Positions 52,005 through 63,463 of a stretch of DNA of 64,000 nucleotides are shown here, piece after piece. The number at the start of each line of letters is the position of its first letter. The first letter of the stretch is position 1. Both the position numbers and the translations under genes were made by a program. A model generated the notes under the pieces. The model was given only the letters and a program-made list of their open reading frames with translations. It was not told the origin of the DNA and searched no databases. This stretch comes from Thalassobaculaceae bacterium (lineage in GTDB: Bacteria; Pseudomonadota; Alphaproteobacteria; Thalassobaculales; Thalassobaculaceae). The stretch spans positions 2,648,616 to 2,712,615 of the forward strand of contig OZ245843.1 in assembly GCA_965228875.1 (NCBI GenBank), in the 5' to 3' direction.

Positions 52005-52190
52005 TCAGCCGCGAATGAACCAGAGCAGTAGGATTCCAAGGCTCGCGGCAGCGAGCCCGGCGATGCGCATGGCGCCGGGCGGCTGCGTCAAAACGACCGC
52101 CATGGCCCGCCGGAGCGCTTCGGGCGCCGCGGCGTAGAGCAGGCCCTCGATCACCAGGACAAGCGCCAGGGCGGCGAGGAAATCGGTCAC
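52005..52190 (-). CDS. DUF2065 family protein
   Basis: LALVLVIEGLLYAAAP; typical position after hflC. Confidence 0.88.
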   Translation of the reverse strand: MTDFLAALALVLVIEGLLYAAAPEALRRAMAVVLTQPPGAMRIAGLAAASLGILLLWFIRG

Positions 52191-52247
52191 GATCCGATCT
52201 CCCCGCCCCCGGGACGCCTACCGGTCTGCACAGGCACCGGATGCCCG

Positions 52248-53141
52248 TCAGCGGGTCGGGGAGGCCGACCCGCCGGTGATCGAGTTGAAGTACCGGAAGA
52301 AGTCGCTGTTCGGGGACAGCACCATCGTGGTGTCGCCATTGCCGTCGCCGACCGCCCGCTTGTAGGCCTGCATAGACCGGTAGAAGGCGAAGAAGTCCGG
52401 ATCCTTGCCGAACGCGTCGGCGTAGATCTTGATCGCCTGGGCGTCGCCCTCACCGCGCAGGGTCTCGGCCTGCTTCTGCGCCTCGGCCACGATGACCGTG
52501 CGCTGCTTGTCGGCATCGGCGCGGATCTTCTGCGCCTGCTCGTTACCCTGGGCGCGGAACTCGCGGGCTTCGCGCTCACGCTCGGAAGTCATGCGGTCGA
52601 AGATGTTCTGACGGGTGGCGTCCGGGTAGTCGGCGCGGCGGATGCGCACCTCGATGATCTCGACGCCGAAGCGCTCGGCGGCGGTGGAGTTCACCTCGGA
52701 CTTGATGTTCGCCATGATGCCGGCACGCTTCTCCGACAGCACGTCGAACAGGGTCTGGTTGCCGAGCACGCGACGCAACGACGAGTTGATGACGACCGAC
52801 AGCCGCGACGACGCCTCCCGCTCGGTCCGCACCGCCCGGAAGAACTGCAGCGGATCGACGATCTTGTAACGGGCGTAGCTGTCGACATCGAGACGCTTCT
52901 GGTCCGACAGGATGACCTGCTGGCGCGGCGGATCGACGTCCAGCGCACGCGCCTCGTAATAGACCGTGTTCTGGATAAACGGGAGCTTGACGTTCAGGCC
53001 CGGCTCCGTCACCTCGCGGCGCGGCTCACCGAACTGCAGGACCAGGGCCTGCTGGGTCTCGTCGACGACGAAGAGCGACTGGCTGATGAGCACGCCCGCG
53101 GCGACGACCACGGCACCGAGAATGGCCAACATACGGTTCAT
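52248..53141 (-). CDS. hflC: FtsH modulator HflC
   Basis: QALVLQFGEP, PGLNVKLPFIQ and DPDFFAFYRSMQAY. Confidence 0.95.
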   Translation of the reverse strand: MNRMLAILGAVVVAAGVLISQSLFVVDETQQALVLQFGEPRREVTEPGLNVKLPFIQNTVYYEARALDVDPPRQQVILSDQKRLDVDSYARYKIVDPLQFFRAVRTEREASSRLSVVINSSLRRVLGNQTLFDVLSEKRAGIMANIKSEVNSTAAERFGVEIIEVRIRRADYPDATRQNIFDRMTSEREREAREFRAQGNEQAQKIRADADKQRTVIVAEAQKQAETLRGEGDAQAIKIYADAFGKDPDFFAFYRSMQAYKRAVGDGNGDTTMVLSPNSDFFRYFNSITGGSASPTR

Positions 53142-54310
53142 CAGTTGGTCTCCCTCTGGGTGGCGGCGTTGGAGCGCTTCTGGACTTCCGGCAACGGCAG
53201 ATACGGGACCACACCCGAACCGCCGGCGTCATCGTCGATGATGACCTTGTTCACGTTCGGCAGGATCTCCTCCAGCGTCTCCAGATAGATCCGCTTGGTG
53301 GTCACGTCCTTGTCCTGGACATAGGCGTTGTAGACCGAGTTGAAGCGGTTGGCGTCACCCTCGGCGCGGTTGACCACCTCCTGGCGGTAGGCGTCGGCGC
53401 CTTCGACAAGCTGCGCCGCCTCGCCTCGGGCCCGGGGCACCACGTCGTTGCGGTAGGCCTCGGCCTCGTTCTTGAGACGCTCGAGATCCTGGCGCGCACG
53501 CTGAACCTCGTTGAAGGCGTCGATCACCTGGGACGGCGGGTCGACCTGATCCAGCTGAACCGAACGGATGTCGATGCCGGCGCCGTACTCGTCGACCAGG
53601 TTCTGCAACTGATCCTGTGCCGCGACCTCGATCTCGCCTCGACGTTCGGTCAGCGCGTCCTGAATTCGCATGGAGCCGATGATATCGCGCATCACCGCTT
53701 CGGCGGCGACCTTCACCGTCTGCTCCGGATTCTGCAGGTTGAACAGGAAGTCGCCGGCGTTGCGGATGCGCCAGAACACCACGAAGTCGATGTCGATGAT
53801 GTTCTCGTCGCCGGTGATCATCTGGCTTTCTTCGGCGATGTCCCGGCCACTGCCGCTGCGGGAGTCGACGCCGGAGCGGAAGCCGACCTCGATGCGGTTT
53901 TCCCGCGTCACGTCCGGCCGGTAGACCTCGCCGATCGGCGACGGCCAGTTCCAGTGAAGGCCGGGCTCCGTCGGAACGCCGAGATAGCTGCCGAAGACGA
54001 GCTCCACGCCCTGCTGGTTCGGCTGCACCCGGTAGAGGCCGCTGAAGCCCCAGACGGCCAGAACCACGACCACCGCGAGCGCGATCAGCTTGGGACCACC
54101 GAAACCGCCGGGGATCATGCCTTTGAATTTCTGCTGCTGACGGCGCAGCATGTCCTCGATGTCCTTGGGGCTCGGCCCCTGGCCACCGCCGCCGCCTCCG
54201 CCGCCACGCGGACGCCCCCAGGGCGAATTGCCGCGGCCGCCGCCATTGTTGCCGCCACCGCCGCCGCCCCATGGGCCCTGACCGCGTCCCCCTTGATCGC
54301 TCCAAGGCAT
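53141..54310 (-). CDS. hflK: FtsH modulator HflK
   Basis: MPWSDQGG Gly-rich N-terminus, MITGDENI, VPRARGEA and RIYLET. Confidence 0.95.
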   Translation of the reverse strand: MPWSDQGGRGQGPWGGGGGGNNGGGRGNSPWGRPRGGGGGGGGQGPSPKDIEDMLRRQQQKFKGMIPGGFGGPKLIALAVVVVLAVWGFSGLYRVQPNQQGVELVFGSYLGVPTEPGLHWNWPSPIGEVYRPDVTRENRIEVGFRSGVDSRSGSGRDIAEESQMITGDENIIDIDFVVFWRIRNAGDFLFNLQNPEQTVKVAAEAVMRDIIGSMRIQDALTERRGEIEVAAQDQLQNLVDEYGAGIDIRSVQLDQVDPPSQVIDAFNEVQRARQDLERLKNEAEAYRNDVVPRARGEAAQLVEGADAYRQEVVNRAEGDANRFNSVYNAYVQDKDVTTKRIYLETLEEILPNVNKVIIDDDAGGSGVVPYLPLPEVQKRSNAATQRETN

Positions 54311-54456
54311 GGCTTGTCCTCTCTGTTCGATGCCGCCGGGGACGTAGCATGCCACTGGCGCGTTGCAAAGCGCGGCCCGGCACTCTATGTCCCGCTTGCC
54401 TGCGGGAAACTTTGTTACGTCCCGCTATGTTGTCGAGATTGCGGGAATTTCAAGCG

Positions 54457-55608
54457 ATGACGATGGTTGACGAACAGACCGTGCGCGGCGCTCTGGCCGG
54501 GGTGACCGACCCGGCGTCCGGCGCCGCCCTGTCGGCACTCGCCACGGTCTCCGGCCTCGTGATCAAGGCGGGCAATGTCGGCTTCTCCCTGGAGGTCGAT
54601 CCGGCCAAGGGTCCGTCGCTCGATGGTCTGCGGGTCGCGGCCGAGGCGGCGGTCCTGGCGCTGGAGGGGGTGACCTCGGCGACCGCGGTACTCACGGCCC
54701 ATCGCACCGCCCCGACCGGCGGCCAGCCCGACGGCGCGGCCCCGACGCGCCCGGCCCAAACGCGGCCGGGACCGGAGCGGCCCCAGGGACGCATGCCGTC
54801 GCGCCCCGATCTGCCCGGGATCAAGGCGATCGTCGCCGTCGCCTCCGGCAAGGGCGGGGTCGGCAAGTCGACGGTCGCCACCAACCTCGCCCTGGCGCTC
54901 GCCGGACAGGGACTGGAGGTCGGCCTGCTCGATGCTGACGTCTACGGACCGTCCCTGCCGCGCATGATGGGCATCGACCGCAAGCCGGAGAGCCGGGACG
55001 GCAAGACCCTGATCCCGCTGGAAAACCACAACGTCAAATGCATGTCGATCGGCTTCCTGGTGGCCGAGGACACGCCGACGATCTGGCGCGGCCCCATGGT
55101 CATGAGCGCGCTGGAGCAGATGCTGCGCGACGTCGAATGGGGCGAGCTCGACGTGCTGGTGGTCGACATGCCGCCGGGCACCGGCGACGCCCAGCTCACC
55201 ATGGCCCAGCGCGTGCCGCTGGCCGGCGCGGTCATCGTCTCCACCCCCCAGGACATCGCCCTGCTGGATGCCCGCAAGGGGCTGAACATGTTCCGCCGGG
55301 TCGACGTGCCTGTCCTCGGCATCGTCGAGAACATGAGCTACTTCCTGTGTCCGCATTGCGGCGAGCGCAGCGACATCTTCGGCCATGGCGGCGCCCGGGC
55401 CGAGGCCGAGAGGCTGCAGGTGCCGTTTCTCGGCGAGGTGCCGCTGCATCTCGACATCCGCCTCGCCGGCGATGGCGGCACGCCCATCGTGGCCGCCGAC
55501 CCCGCCGGCCCGCACGCCGACGCCTTCGCGGCCATCGCGGCGCAGGTTCGGGCCTCCTTGGACGGTTCGAACACCCAGCGCGCGGCGCCCAGCATCGTGT
55601 TCGAGTGA
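54457..55608 (+). CDS. apbC: Mrp/ApbC/NBP35 Fe-S cluster carrier ATPase
   Basis: SGKGGVGKST, DADVYGPS, WRGPM, DMPPGTGD and ENMSYFLCPHCG. Confidence 0.94.
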   Translation: MTMVDEQTVRGALAGVTDPASGAALSALATVSGLVIKAGNVGFSLEVDPAKGPSLDGLRVAAEAAVLALEGVTSATAVLTAHRTAPTGGQPDGAAPTRPAQTRPGPERPQGRMPSRPDLPGIKAIVAVASGKGGVGKSTVATNLALALAGQGLEVGLLDADVYGPSLPRMMGIDRKPESRDGKTLIPLENHNVKCMSIGFLVAEDTPTIWRGPMVMSALEQMLRDVEWGELDVLVVDMPPGTGDAQLTMAQRVPLAGAVIVSTPQDIALLDARKGLNMFRRVDVPVLGIVENMSYFLCPHCGERSDIFGHGGARAEAERLQVPFLGEVPLHLDIRLAGDGGTPIVAADPAGPHADAFAAIAAQVRASLDGSNTQRAAPSIVFE

Positions 55609-55630
55609 CGGCGACCGGACCGGGCCCGTC

Positions 55631-56134
55631 TCAGACCCTCACATAGTCGGCGAAGGTGAAGGCCGGGCGACCGTCGGCCGCCGGGTGAGCCTCGCGCCAG
55701 GTCTCGCGCCAGGTTCTCCAGTCGACCTCGGGGAAGGTCACCTCCCCCGCCGCGTCCAGGTGGACGTGTGTCAGCCGAAGCCGCCCCGCATGGGCCATGG
55801 CGAGGGCGTAGATCTCGCCGCCGCCGGCGATGAAGACCTCGCCCTCGCCCTCCGCGCCCGTCGCCGTCGCCGCGAGCGCCTGCGACAGGGAGCCGGCGCG
55901 CTCGACCCCCGGCGGCGCCGGCCAGTTGGGATTGCGGCTGACGACGACCGTCCGCCGCCCCGGCAGCGGTCGGCCGATCGCCTCGAAGGTACGGCGCCCC
56001 ATGACCAGCGTGTGCCCCCAGGTCACCCGCCGGAACCGCGCAAGGTCCGCCGGAAGCGACCACGGCATCCTTCCGTCCCGGTGGCCGATCACGCCGTTAT
56101 CGGCGACGGCGGCGATCATCGTCAGTTCGGGCAT
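55631..56134 (-). CDS. folA: Dihydrofolate reductase
   Basis: IAAVADNGVIG, MPWSLPADL, MGRRTFEAIGRPLPGR and IAGGGEIY. Confidence 0.92.
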   Translation of the reverse strand: MPELTMIAAVADNGVIGHRDGRMPWSLPADLARFRRVTWGHTLVMGRRTFEAIGRPLPGRRTVVVSRNPNWPAPPGVERAGSLSQALAATATGAEGEGEVFIAGGGEIYALAMAHAGRLRLTHVHLDAAGEVTFPEVDWRTWRETWREAHPAADGRPAFTFADYVRV

Positions 56135-56202
56135 GCCAAATCCCACATGATAAGCGTGCGCCCAAGGTGACATTGCAGCGGCGACTCGGGCAAGATCGCG
56201 GC

Positions 56203-57753
56203 ATGGGATCGGGGACGGAGAACACGGCGAGCCTGCCGCCCGGACTTGCCCGGGCACGCGCCCTGGCAAGACGCGGCGACCTGAGGAGCGCGATCCGTCA
56301 TCTGGAGACCCTGGCGGCGACCGGCCCCGACCCGGCCCCGGCGGTGTTCGAGATCGGCAACCTGACCCGGGCGGCCGGTCTGCTGGACCAGGCGGAAGCG
56401 GCGTTCCGCAAGGTGATGGAGCTACGCCCCGGATCGGTGGAGGGCGCCACGAACCTGGCCAATGTCCTGGCCGCCAAGGGCCAGACAGCCGCGGCGATCG
56501 CCATTCTGACCAACGTCCGCTCGGTCCTGCCCGGAAGTCCCCTGGTCGAGCTGTCGCTGGCCGACGCGCTGTTCGCCGACGACCGCATCGACGCGGCCCT
56601 GGCGGAGTACGACCGCCTGGCCGGACTCTACCCCGAGATCCCCGCCGTGCACGCCAACCGTGGCGAGGCGCTGGCGAGGCTCGGCCGGCACGCGGCGGCG
56701 ATCGCTGCCCTGGACCGCGCCGCCGCCCTCGACCCCGCGAACCCGGATATCGCCCGCAACCGGGCCTTCAGCCGGCTGGCGACAGACGATCTGGCGGGCG
56801 GCTTCGCCGACTACGAGGCCCGTCTGAACCCGGACCTGCCGGGCGCGCCCGTGCGTACCAATCTGAGCGTTCCGCGCTGGGACGGCGCGGTGCCGCTCGA
56901 CGGCCCGCTCCTGGTCGTCGCCGAACAGGGGCTGGGCGACGAGATCCGCTTCGCCGCCGCCATCCCGCGGCTGATCGCGCAGGCCGGCCCGGTGATCCTG
57001 GAATGCGATGCGCGTCTGGTCGGACTGTTCGCCGACAGCCTGCCGGACGCCGAGGTGATCGCCTACGACCGGCGGCGCGACGGTGCCCGGGCGGTGTTCG
57101 ACTACGCCCATCTGAGCGATCGTGCCGGCGCGCCCCCCGCCGCCTGGATCGAGGCCGGCAGTCTGCCGCATTTCCTGCGGATGCCCGATGCCGAAGCCCT
57201 GGCGCCACGCGGGTACCTCGCGGCCAACACAATGCGCGCCTGTCTGATGCGCGCCCGTCTCAAGACCGAGGGCGCGGGCCGGCCCCTGGTCGGCTTCAGC
57301 TGGGGCAGCGGCGCCGCCGAGCGGCCGAGAGAACGCTTCTACCCGCCGCTCGCCGCATGGCTTCCCGTGCTCAGAGGACTGAACGCGACCTTCGTCGACC
57401 TGCAATACATGACCTCGGATGCCGACCGGGCGGCCCTGCGGAAGACGAGCGGGGCGGAGATCATCGCCACCGACGAACTGGACAAGCGCAACGACATGTC
57501 AACCGCCGCCTGCCTCGCCGCGGCGATGGACGCGGTGGTCGGAGTGTCCAGTTCCGTCGCCGCGATGGCGGGCGCCGTCGGCACGCCGACGGTCGAGGTC
57601 ACGCCGGAACGCACCTGGGTCCCGCAGATCGGCGGGAGGGACGCCTGGCTCGGGCCGGTCATCCCGGCCTACCCGGACACGCCCGGCGACTGGGACCAAG
57701 CGATGGGGCGGACCCTGGCGGCCCTGCGCGGGATCGTCGGCGCCGCCGGGTAA
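56203..57753 (+). CDS. TPR + GT-B glycosyltransferase-like protein
   Basis: N-terminal TPRs; YEAR, PRWDG, EQGLGDEIRF and VGFSW. Confidence 0.8.
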   Translation: MGSGTENTASLPPGLARARALARRGDLRSAIRHLETLAATGPDPAPAVFEIGNLTRAAGLLDQAEAAFRKVMELRPGSVEGATNLANVLAAKGQTAAAIAILTNVRSVLPGSPLVELSLADALFADDRIDAALAEYDRLAGLYPEIPAVHANRGEALARLGRHAAAIAALDRAAALDPANPDIARNRAFSRLATDDLAGGFADYEARLNPDLPGAPVRTNLSVPRWDGAVPLDGPLLVVAEQGLGDEIRFAAAIPRLIAQAGPVILECDARLVGLFADSLPDAEVIAYDRRRDGARAVFDYAHLSDRAGAPPAAWIEAGSLPHFLRMPDAEALAPRGYLAANTMRACLMRARLKTEGAGRPLVGFSWGSGAAERPRERFYPPLAAWLPVLRGLNATFVDLQYMTSDADRAALRKTSGAEIIATDELDKRNDMSTAACLAAAMDAVVGVSSSVAAMAGAVGTPTVEVTPERTWVPQIGGRDAWLGPVIPAYPDTPGDWDQAMGRTLAALRGIVGAAG

Positions 57754-57759
57754 CCCGGA

Positions 57760-59349
57760 TCAGCCGCCGTCCAGGGCGCGCCGCATCTGGTTCACCGCCC
57801 GCTTCCACGACCCGTCATGGTCCTGCCAGTACAGTCGCGTGGTCGGGTACCAGGGAGTGCGGGCCTTACCCAACCCCCAGCGCGCGTCGGCGCCGTTATC
57901 GAGAAGAACCCGGGTGTCGATGCCGAGCGCGGCCCCGAGATGGGCGACCAGGGAATCGACCGTGACGACAACGTCGCAAGCGGCGACCCGGGAGGCGACC
58001 GCGTCCACGTCGCTGGGGTCGGGATCCGGCTCCAGGAGAACCTTCTCCGACACCATGTCGCGTTCCTCGGGCGTCATCCCCCGCTGCAGTGAGACGACCA
58101 CCCGCCCCGGTATGGCCACGGCGTCCAGGACCTCGGAAAGCGGTATCGACCGCCTCGACGCCTCGGGATCGGGATGGCGCCAGGCGAGGCCGATGATGCG
58201 GTCGCTGCCGCTGGCCCAGCGGTCGCGCCATGACGCGACCTTGGCCATATCGGCCTCGAGATAGGCCTTGGCCAGGTTGGCGTAGCCGCCCTCGTACGCC
58301 TTGGTCCTCAGGGCGAGGCCGCCGATCGCCGTCTGCCAGTGGACCAGCCCCTCGGTGATCGCCGCATCCGGCGGCGAGGTGCGGGCCACCACCGTGGCGC
58401 CGTCGAACGAGCGCTCGAACAGCGTCTTGAGGCGGGAGTCACATTCCAGAAATAGCGGGCTGGGGTCCTGCCGGATCATCTCCGGAATCATGGCGGCGAA
58501 ACGGATCTCGTCCGACGGCGACCCCTCGCCCCATACCAGAAGCGACTTGTCCTTGAGGGAACTGCCGTCCCAGACCGGCATGTCGAAATCCCGCGCCTTG
58601 GCGCCGATCCGGCGGTCGAGGTTGTTCGCATCGAACCTCGCCTCATACGCGGCCCACCCCTCGCTGTCGCGGCCGATGGCGAGCAGCGCATGACCGAGAA
58701 TGGTCCGCGCGACCGGGTCGGAGCCGGAGAGTTCGACCGCCTTCTCGCCGGCCTCGATGGCCTCGTCCGGCCGGCCGAGCTTCAGACAGACATCGGCGAT
58801 CCCGGCCAGAGCCCGAACGGATTCCGGTTCGAGATCGGTCGTGTTGCGGTAGGCGTCCTCGGCCTCGTCCAACCGGTCGAGCGAGGTCAGCACATGCCCG
58901 AGGGCAAGCCACAGGGTCGGCTCGCGCGGATCTGAGCGCAGGGCGGCGCGCAGGTCGTTGTAGGCCTCGACCGGTTTCTTGCCGGCCATCAGGGCCTCGG
59001 CCCGTTCCGCCTGAGCCTGTGCCCAGAGAGGGTCGCCCCGACGGATTCGGTCGAGACAGGCAAGCGAGTCGTCGACCGCACCTACGCGCCAGGCGATCCG
59101 CCCCATCAGCAGCAGCGCCTCCGGTGCGTCCGGCGCGATGCGCCACGCCTCCTCGGCGAGGACGAAGGCCTGATCGGGCTGGCCGAGTTCGAGCGCCATG
59201 TCGGCGGCACGGGCACGCGCCGTGATCGGGGCGCCGTCGATCGCCGCCTTGAACTGGGCGAGGGCTGCTTTCGCATTGCCCGCCTCTGCCAGGCGCTCAC
59301 CCTCCTGAAGGGGGTCAGCCGCGCCGGTCACGGTCGTCGCTTTGTTCAC
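57760..59349 (-). CDS. TPR + GT-B glycosyltransferase-like protein (paralog)
   Basis: TPRs; GWAAYEARF, PVWDG, DEIRF, VAHLGAALG and PWYPTTRLYWQ. Confidence 0.8.
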   Translation of the reverse strand: MNKATTVTGAADPLQEGERLAEAGNAKAALAQFKAAIDGAPITARARAADMALELGQPDQAFVLAEEAWRIAPDAPEALLLMGRIAWRVGAVDDSLACLDRIRRGDPLWAQAQAERAEALMAGKKPVEAYNDLRAALRSDPREPTLWLALGHVLTSLDRLDEAEDAYRNTTDLEPESVRALAGIADVCLKLGRPDEAIEAGEKAVELSGSDPVARTILGHALLAIGRDSEGWAAYEARFDANNLDRRIGAKARDFDMPVWDGSSLKDKSLLVWGEGSPSDEIRFAAMIPEMIRQDPSPLFLECDSRLKTLFERSFDGATVVARTSPPDAAITEGLVHWQTAIGGLALRTKAYEGGYANLAKAYLEADMAKVASWRDRWASGSDRIIGLAWRHPDPEASRRSIPLSEVLDAVAIPGRVVVSLQRGMTPEERDMVSEKVLLEPDPDPSDVDAVASRVAACDVVVTVDSLVAHLGAALGIDTRVLLDNGADARWGLGKARTPWYPTTRLYWQDHDGSWKRAVNQMRRALDGG

Positions 59350-59440
59350 GGAATCCGTACCCGAGGTTTATTTCCACGCAGGATCGCCCCCTGTCTCGCA
59401 CATCGACCCTTTAACAGTTGTTAATAAGGGCTTATATCCT

Positions 59441-59785
59441 GAGCTGTCGGCTTTGGTCGACTATGGCGATAAACGGCGCTCGGAATAAGCGTTGCGGACC
59501 CGGGGGCAGTACCCGGCGCCTCCACCAAATCCCCGTCTGGGCGGCCCCGTGCCGTTTGGCTCGGTTCATGGGGGCGAAACAGGATCGACGCGCGTGGTAA
59601 AGGACCGCTTTTCGCTCGGCATGGTTCCGCCGTTATCGGGCCGTATGATAGTTGCGAACGACAACTATGCTGAGGCTCGCCTGGCTGCTTAATGCAGCTC
59701 GGTAACCTCGATTAATCCGTTGCGGTTTGCATCGTAACGTGGGGCTCGCGGGCCGCCTAGCAACAGAAGGCTCGCACCCACTCCC
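59441..59785 (+). ncRNA. ssrA: Two-piece (circularly permuted) tmRNA
   Basis: Acceptor piece ends CGCCTCCACCA at 59527; coding piece starts GGGGGCGAAACAGGATCGAC at 59570 (G3-U70 pair); tag ANDNYAEARLAA* at 59654-59692; outer ends approximate. Confidence 0.93.
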
Positions 59786-59868
59786 GTTCCCCAGCCCCGG
59801 CATTTTTCCCTTGAAGCCCGACAGGACCGTGGTGTTCATTGGCCGGACGTCCAATGCTCGGGATCCCG

Positions 59869-60357
59869 ATGGCTGACGATCTTTTCCGATACGACCTGAT
59901 GGTCGAGACGGCCCTGCGCGGGGTGGTGCGCGATGCCTTGAAGCGAGCCGCCGAACGCGGTCTGCCGGGCAATCACCACTTCTACATCACCTTCAAGACG
60001 CGGGCGCCGGGGGTGCGGATCCCCGACTACCTGGTCGAACGTTATCCGGATGAGATGACGATCGTGTTGCAGTTCCAGTTCTGGGATCTGGAGATCGACG
60101 AGGAGAAGTTCGCGGTCACGCTGAGCTTCAACGACATCCGCGAGCCGCTGACGATTCCGTTCGAGGCGCTCACCGGTTTCGCCGACCCGTCGGTTCAGTT
60201 CGGACTGCAGTTCCAGCAGACGGCCAACGGCGATGCGCCGAAGGACGATGACGACCCCGAGGGCGGCGACGCCAACGAGGAAGCGGAAGAGACGCCCGAC
60301 GAGGCCGGAGGAACCGGCGAGGTCGTTTCACTCGATCAGTTCCGCAAGAAAAAATAA
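59869..60357 (+). CDS. sspB: ClpXP adaptor SspB (alphaproteobacterial type)
   Basis: [33 protein letters not shown] and C-terminal [10 protein letters not shown]; adjacent to ssrA. Confidence 0.93.
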   Translation: MADDLFRYDLMVETALRGVVRDALKRAAERGLPGNHHFYITFKTRAPGVRIPDYLVERYPDEMTIVLQFQFWDLEIDEEKFAVTLSFNDIREPLTIPFEALTGFADPSVQFGLQFQQTANGDAPKDDDDPEGGDANEEAEETPDEAGGTGEVVSLDQFRKKK

Positions 60358-60425
60358 GACCTAGCCATGCCGGTGCCGACCGGTTCGGCACCTGTGCGAT
60401 GCCGCAGACCGGAGAGGATGCCCCT

Positions 60426-62036
<1,611 letters not shown>

Positions 62037-62043
62037 GCCGCCG

Positions 62044-62418
62044 ATGGCCGACCCCGCCTTCGCCGCCGTCCCGATCCTGCGGATCTTCGACGAGGCGAAG
62101 GCGCTTGCCTTCTATCGCGACTGGCTCGGCTTCACCGTCGACTGGCAGCACCGGTTCGAGCCGGGGACGCCGCTCTACATGCAGGTCTCGCGCGGCGGGA
62201 TGATCCTGCACCTGAGCGAGCACCATGGCGACTGCACGCCGGGCTCGACCGTGTTCGTCAACACATCGGATCTCGCCGGTTTCCACGCCGAGATCACGGC
62301 CCGGGACTATCCGTTCAACCGACCCGGCCTCGACCCGGCCCCCTGGGGCGGGCGGGTGATGGAGGCGACGGATCCGTTCGGCAACCGGCTGCGGTTCTGG
62401 GAAGACGCGGAAGCCTGA
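62044..62418 (+). CDS. Glyoxalase/bleomycin-resistance superfamily protein
   Basis: PILRIFDEAKA, LHLSEHHGD and DPFGNRLRF. Confidence 0.88.
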   Translation: MADPAFAAVPILRIFDEAKALAFYRDWLGFTVDWQHRFEPGTPLYMQVSRGGMILHLSEHHGDCTPGSTVFVNTSDLAGFHAEITARDYPFNRPGLDPAPWGGRVMEATDPFGNRLRFWEDAEA

Positions 62419-62422
62419 GTGG

Positions 62423-63463
62423 TCAGACCCGGGTCTTGCTGTCCAGCTTGAGGGCTTCGGCCAGATCGAGAATGCTCGACAGGTCCGCGAAGACCCGCTC
62501 GACCGACTCCGGGGCGCACAGGGTCTTGCCGTCGCCGATCTCGAAGGGATCGGACCGCGTGTCGAACAGCAGCGTCAGGTGGCTGTCGACGCAGACGAAA
62601 TGGGCGGCGTCGCAGCCGATGATCCCGGTCATCTCGACAAGCCGCTCCATGAACGCGGGGGTGAGCAGATAGCGGGCGCCCACCTGATCGGTGGCGTACA
62701 CCGTGAACCTCGCCTCGAACTCCGCCGATTCCAGATCGACCGGTTGGAAATCCGGCCGCTCATCCGTCCCGATCCAGACCGGTCCCGTGGCTTTGCGGAA
62801 GAATGTCCGGCGGCCGATGCCGACCAGATCGCCGCCGATCGTCTTCCGCGTCGGCGCGATGCGGACAACCAGCCCTTCGAACGGCGTGTTCTGATCGCGC
62901 ACGTCGGGCCCGTACTGGCTGACTACCAGATCCCAGACATCGACGGCATAACCGTCACCGTCCCTATGCAGCCCTTCGGACCAGTGAGACTGTTCCGGTT
63001 CGTAGGGCAGCATGCCAGCATCGCGCAGATCCGCCCTCGCGGCGGCCGCCGCGGCGCCGGCCGCGTCCGGGAGATAGGTGAAACCGAGAAACCCGGCGAT
63101 ATCGGAAACGACCTGCTTCTCGATCGCCTTCGCCTTGGCCACCCGTTCGGCCGGTTGCCCGGATCCCGTCACCGCCCCGATGACGAACATGACGATGATA
63201 CCGAGGAAAAAGACCGGAAACACCATGAGGGGGTGGATCGTCGCGGAGCCCAGGACCACCAGGATGAACCCGCCGAAGAACGTCGCCGCGTGAATGTAGC
63301 GTTTTCGATAGTCCGGCCTGTCACGCCCCTCATAGGTGGCGTCCAGCGCCTGGATCTTCGGCCAGAGGGTCCCCCGCACGAAGGCCCGCGCGCCTTTCAG
63401 CCACGGCCGGTCCTCGGCGATGGAGGGAGGTCGGCCGGCCGGCATTTGACCACGCCCGGTCAC
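62423..63463 (-). CDS. DUF3137-like membrane protein
   Basis: Two N-terminal TMs; LESAEFEARFTVYATDQVGARYLLTPAFMERL; downstream of lemA. Confidence 0.8.
   Translation of the reverse strand: MTGRGQMPAGRPPSIAEDRPWLKGARAFVRGTLWPKIQALDATYEGRDRPDYRKRYIHAATFFGGFILVVLGSATIHPLMVFPVFFLGIIVMFVIGAVTGSGQPAERVAKAKAIEKQVVSDIAGFLGFTYLPDAAGAAAAAARADLRDAGMLPYEPEQSHWSEGLHRDGDGYAVDVWDLVVSQYGPDVRDQNTPFEGLVVRIAPTRKTIGGDLVGIGRRTFFRKATGPVWIGTDERPDFQPVDLESAEFEARFTVYATDQVGARYLLTPAFMERLVEMTGIIGCDAAHFVCVDSHLTLLFDTRSDPFEIGDGKTLCAPESVERVFADLSSILDLAEALKLDSKTRV

Noticed and set aside
59411..59424. CtrA box
   Set aside because: The spacing is TTAA-N6-TTAA rather than the canonical N7, so it is kept only as an unassigned palindrome
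59492..59692. 66-aa ORF ending ANDNYAEARLAA
   Set aside because: It is the tmRNA tag reading frame inside ssrA, not a protein gene
59441..60357. Permuted tmRNA beside sspB as a novelty
   Set aside because: This is a well-known standard arrangement in Alphaproteobacteria
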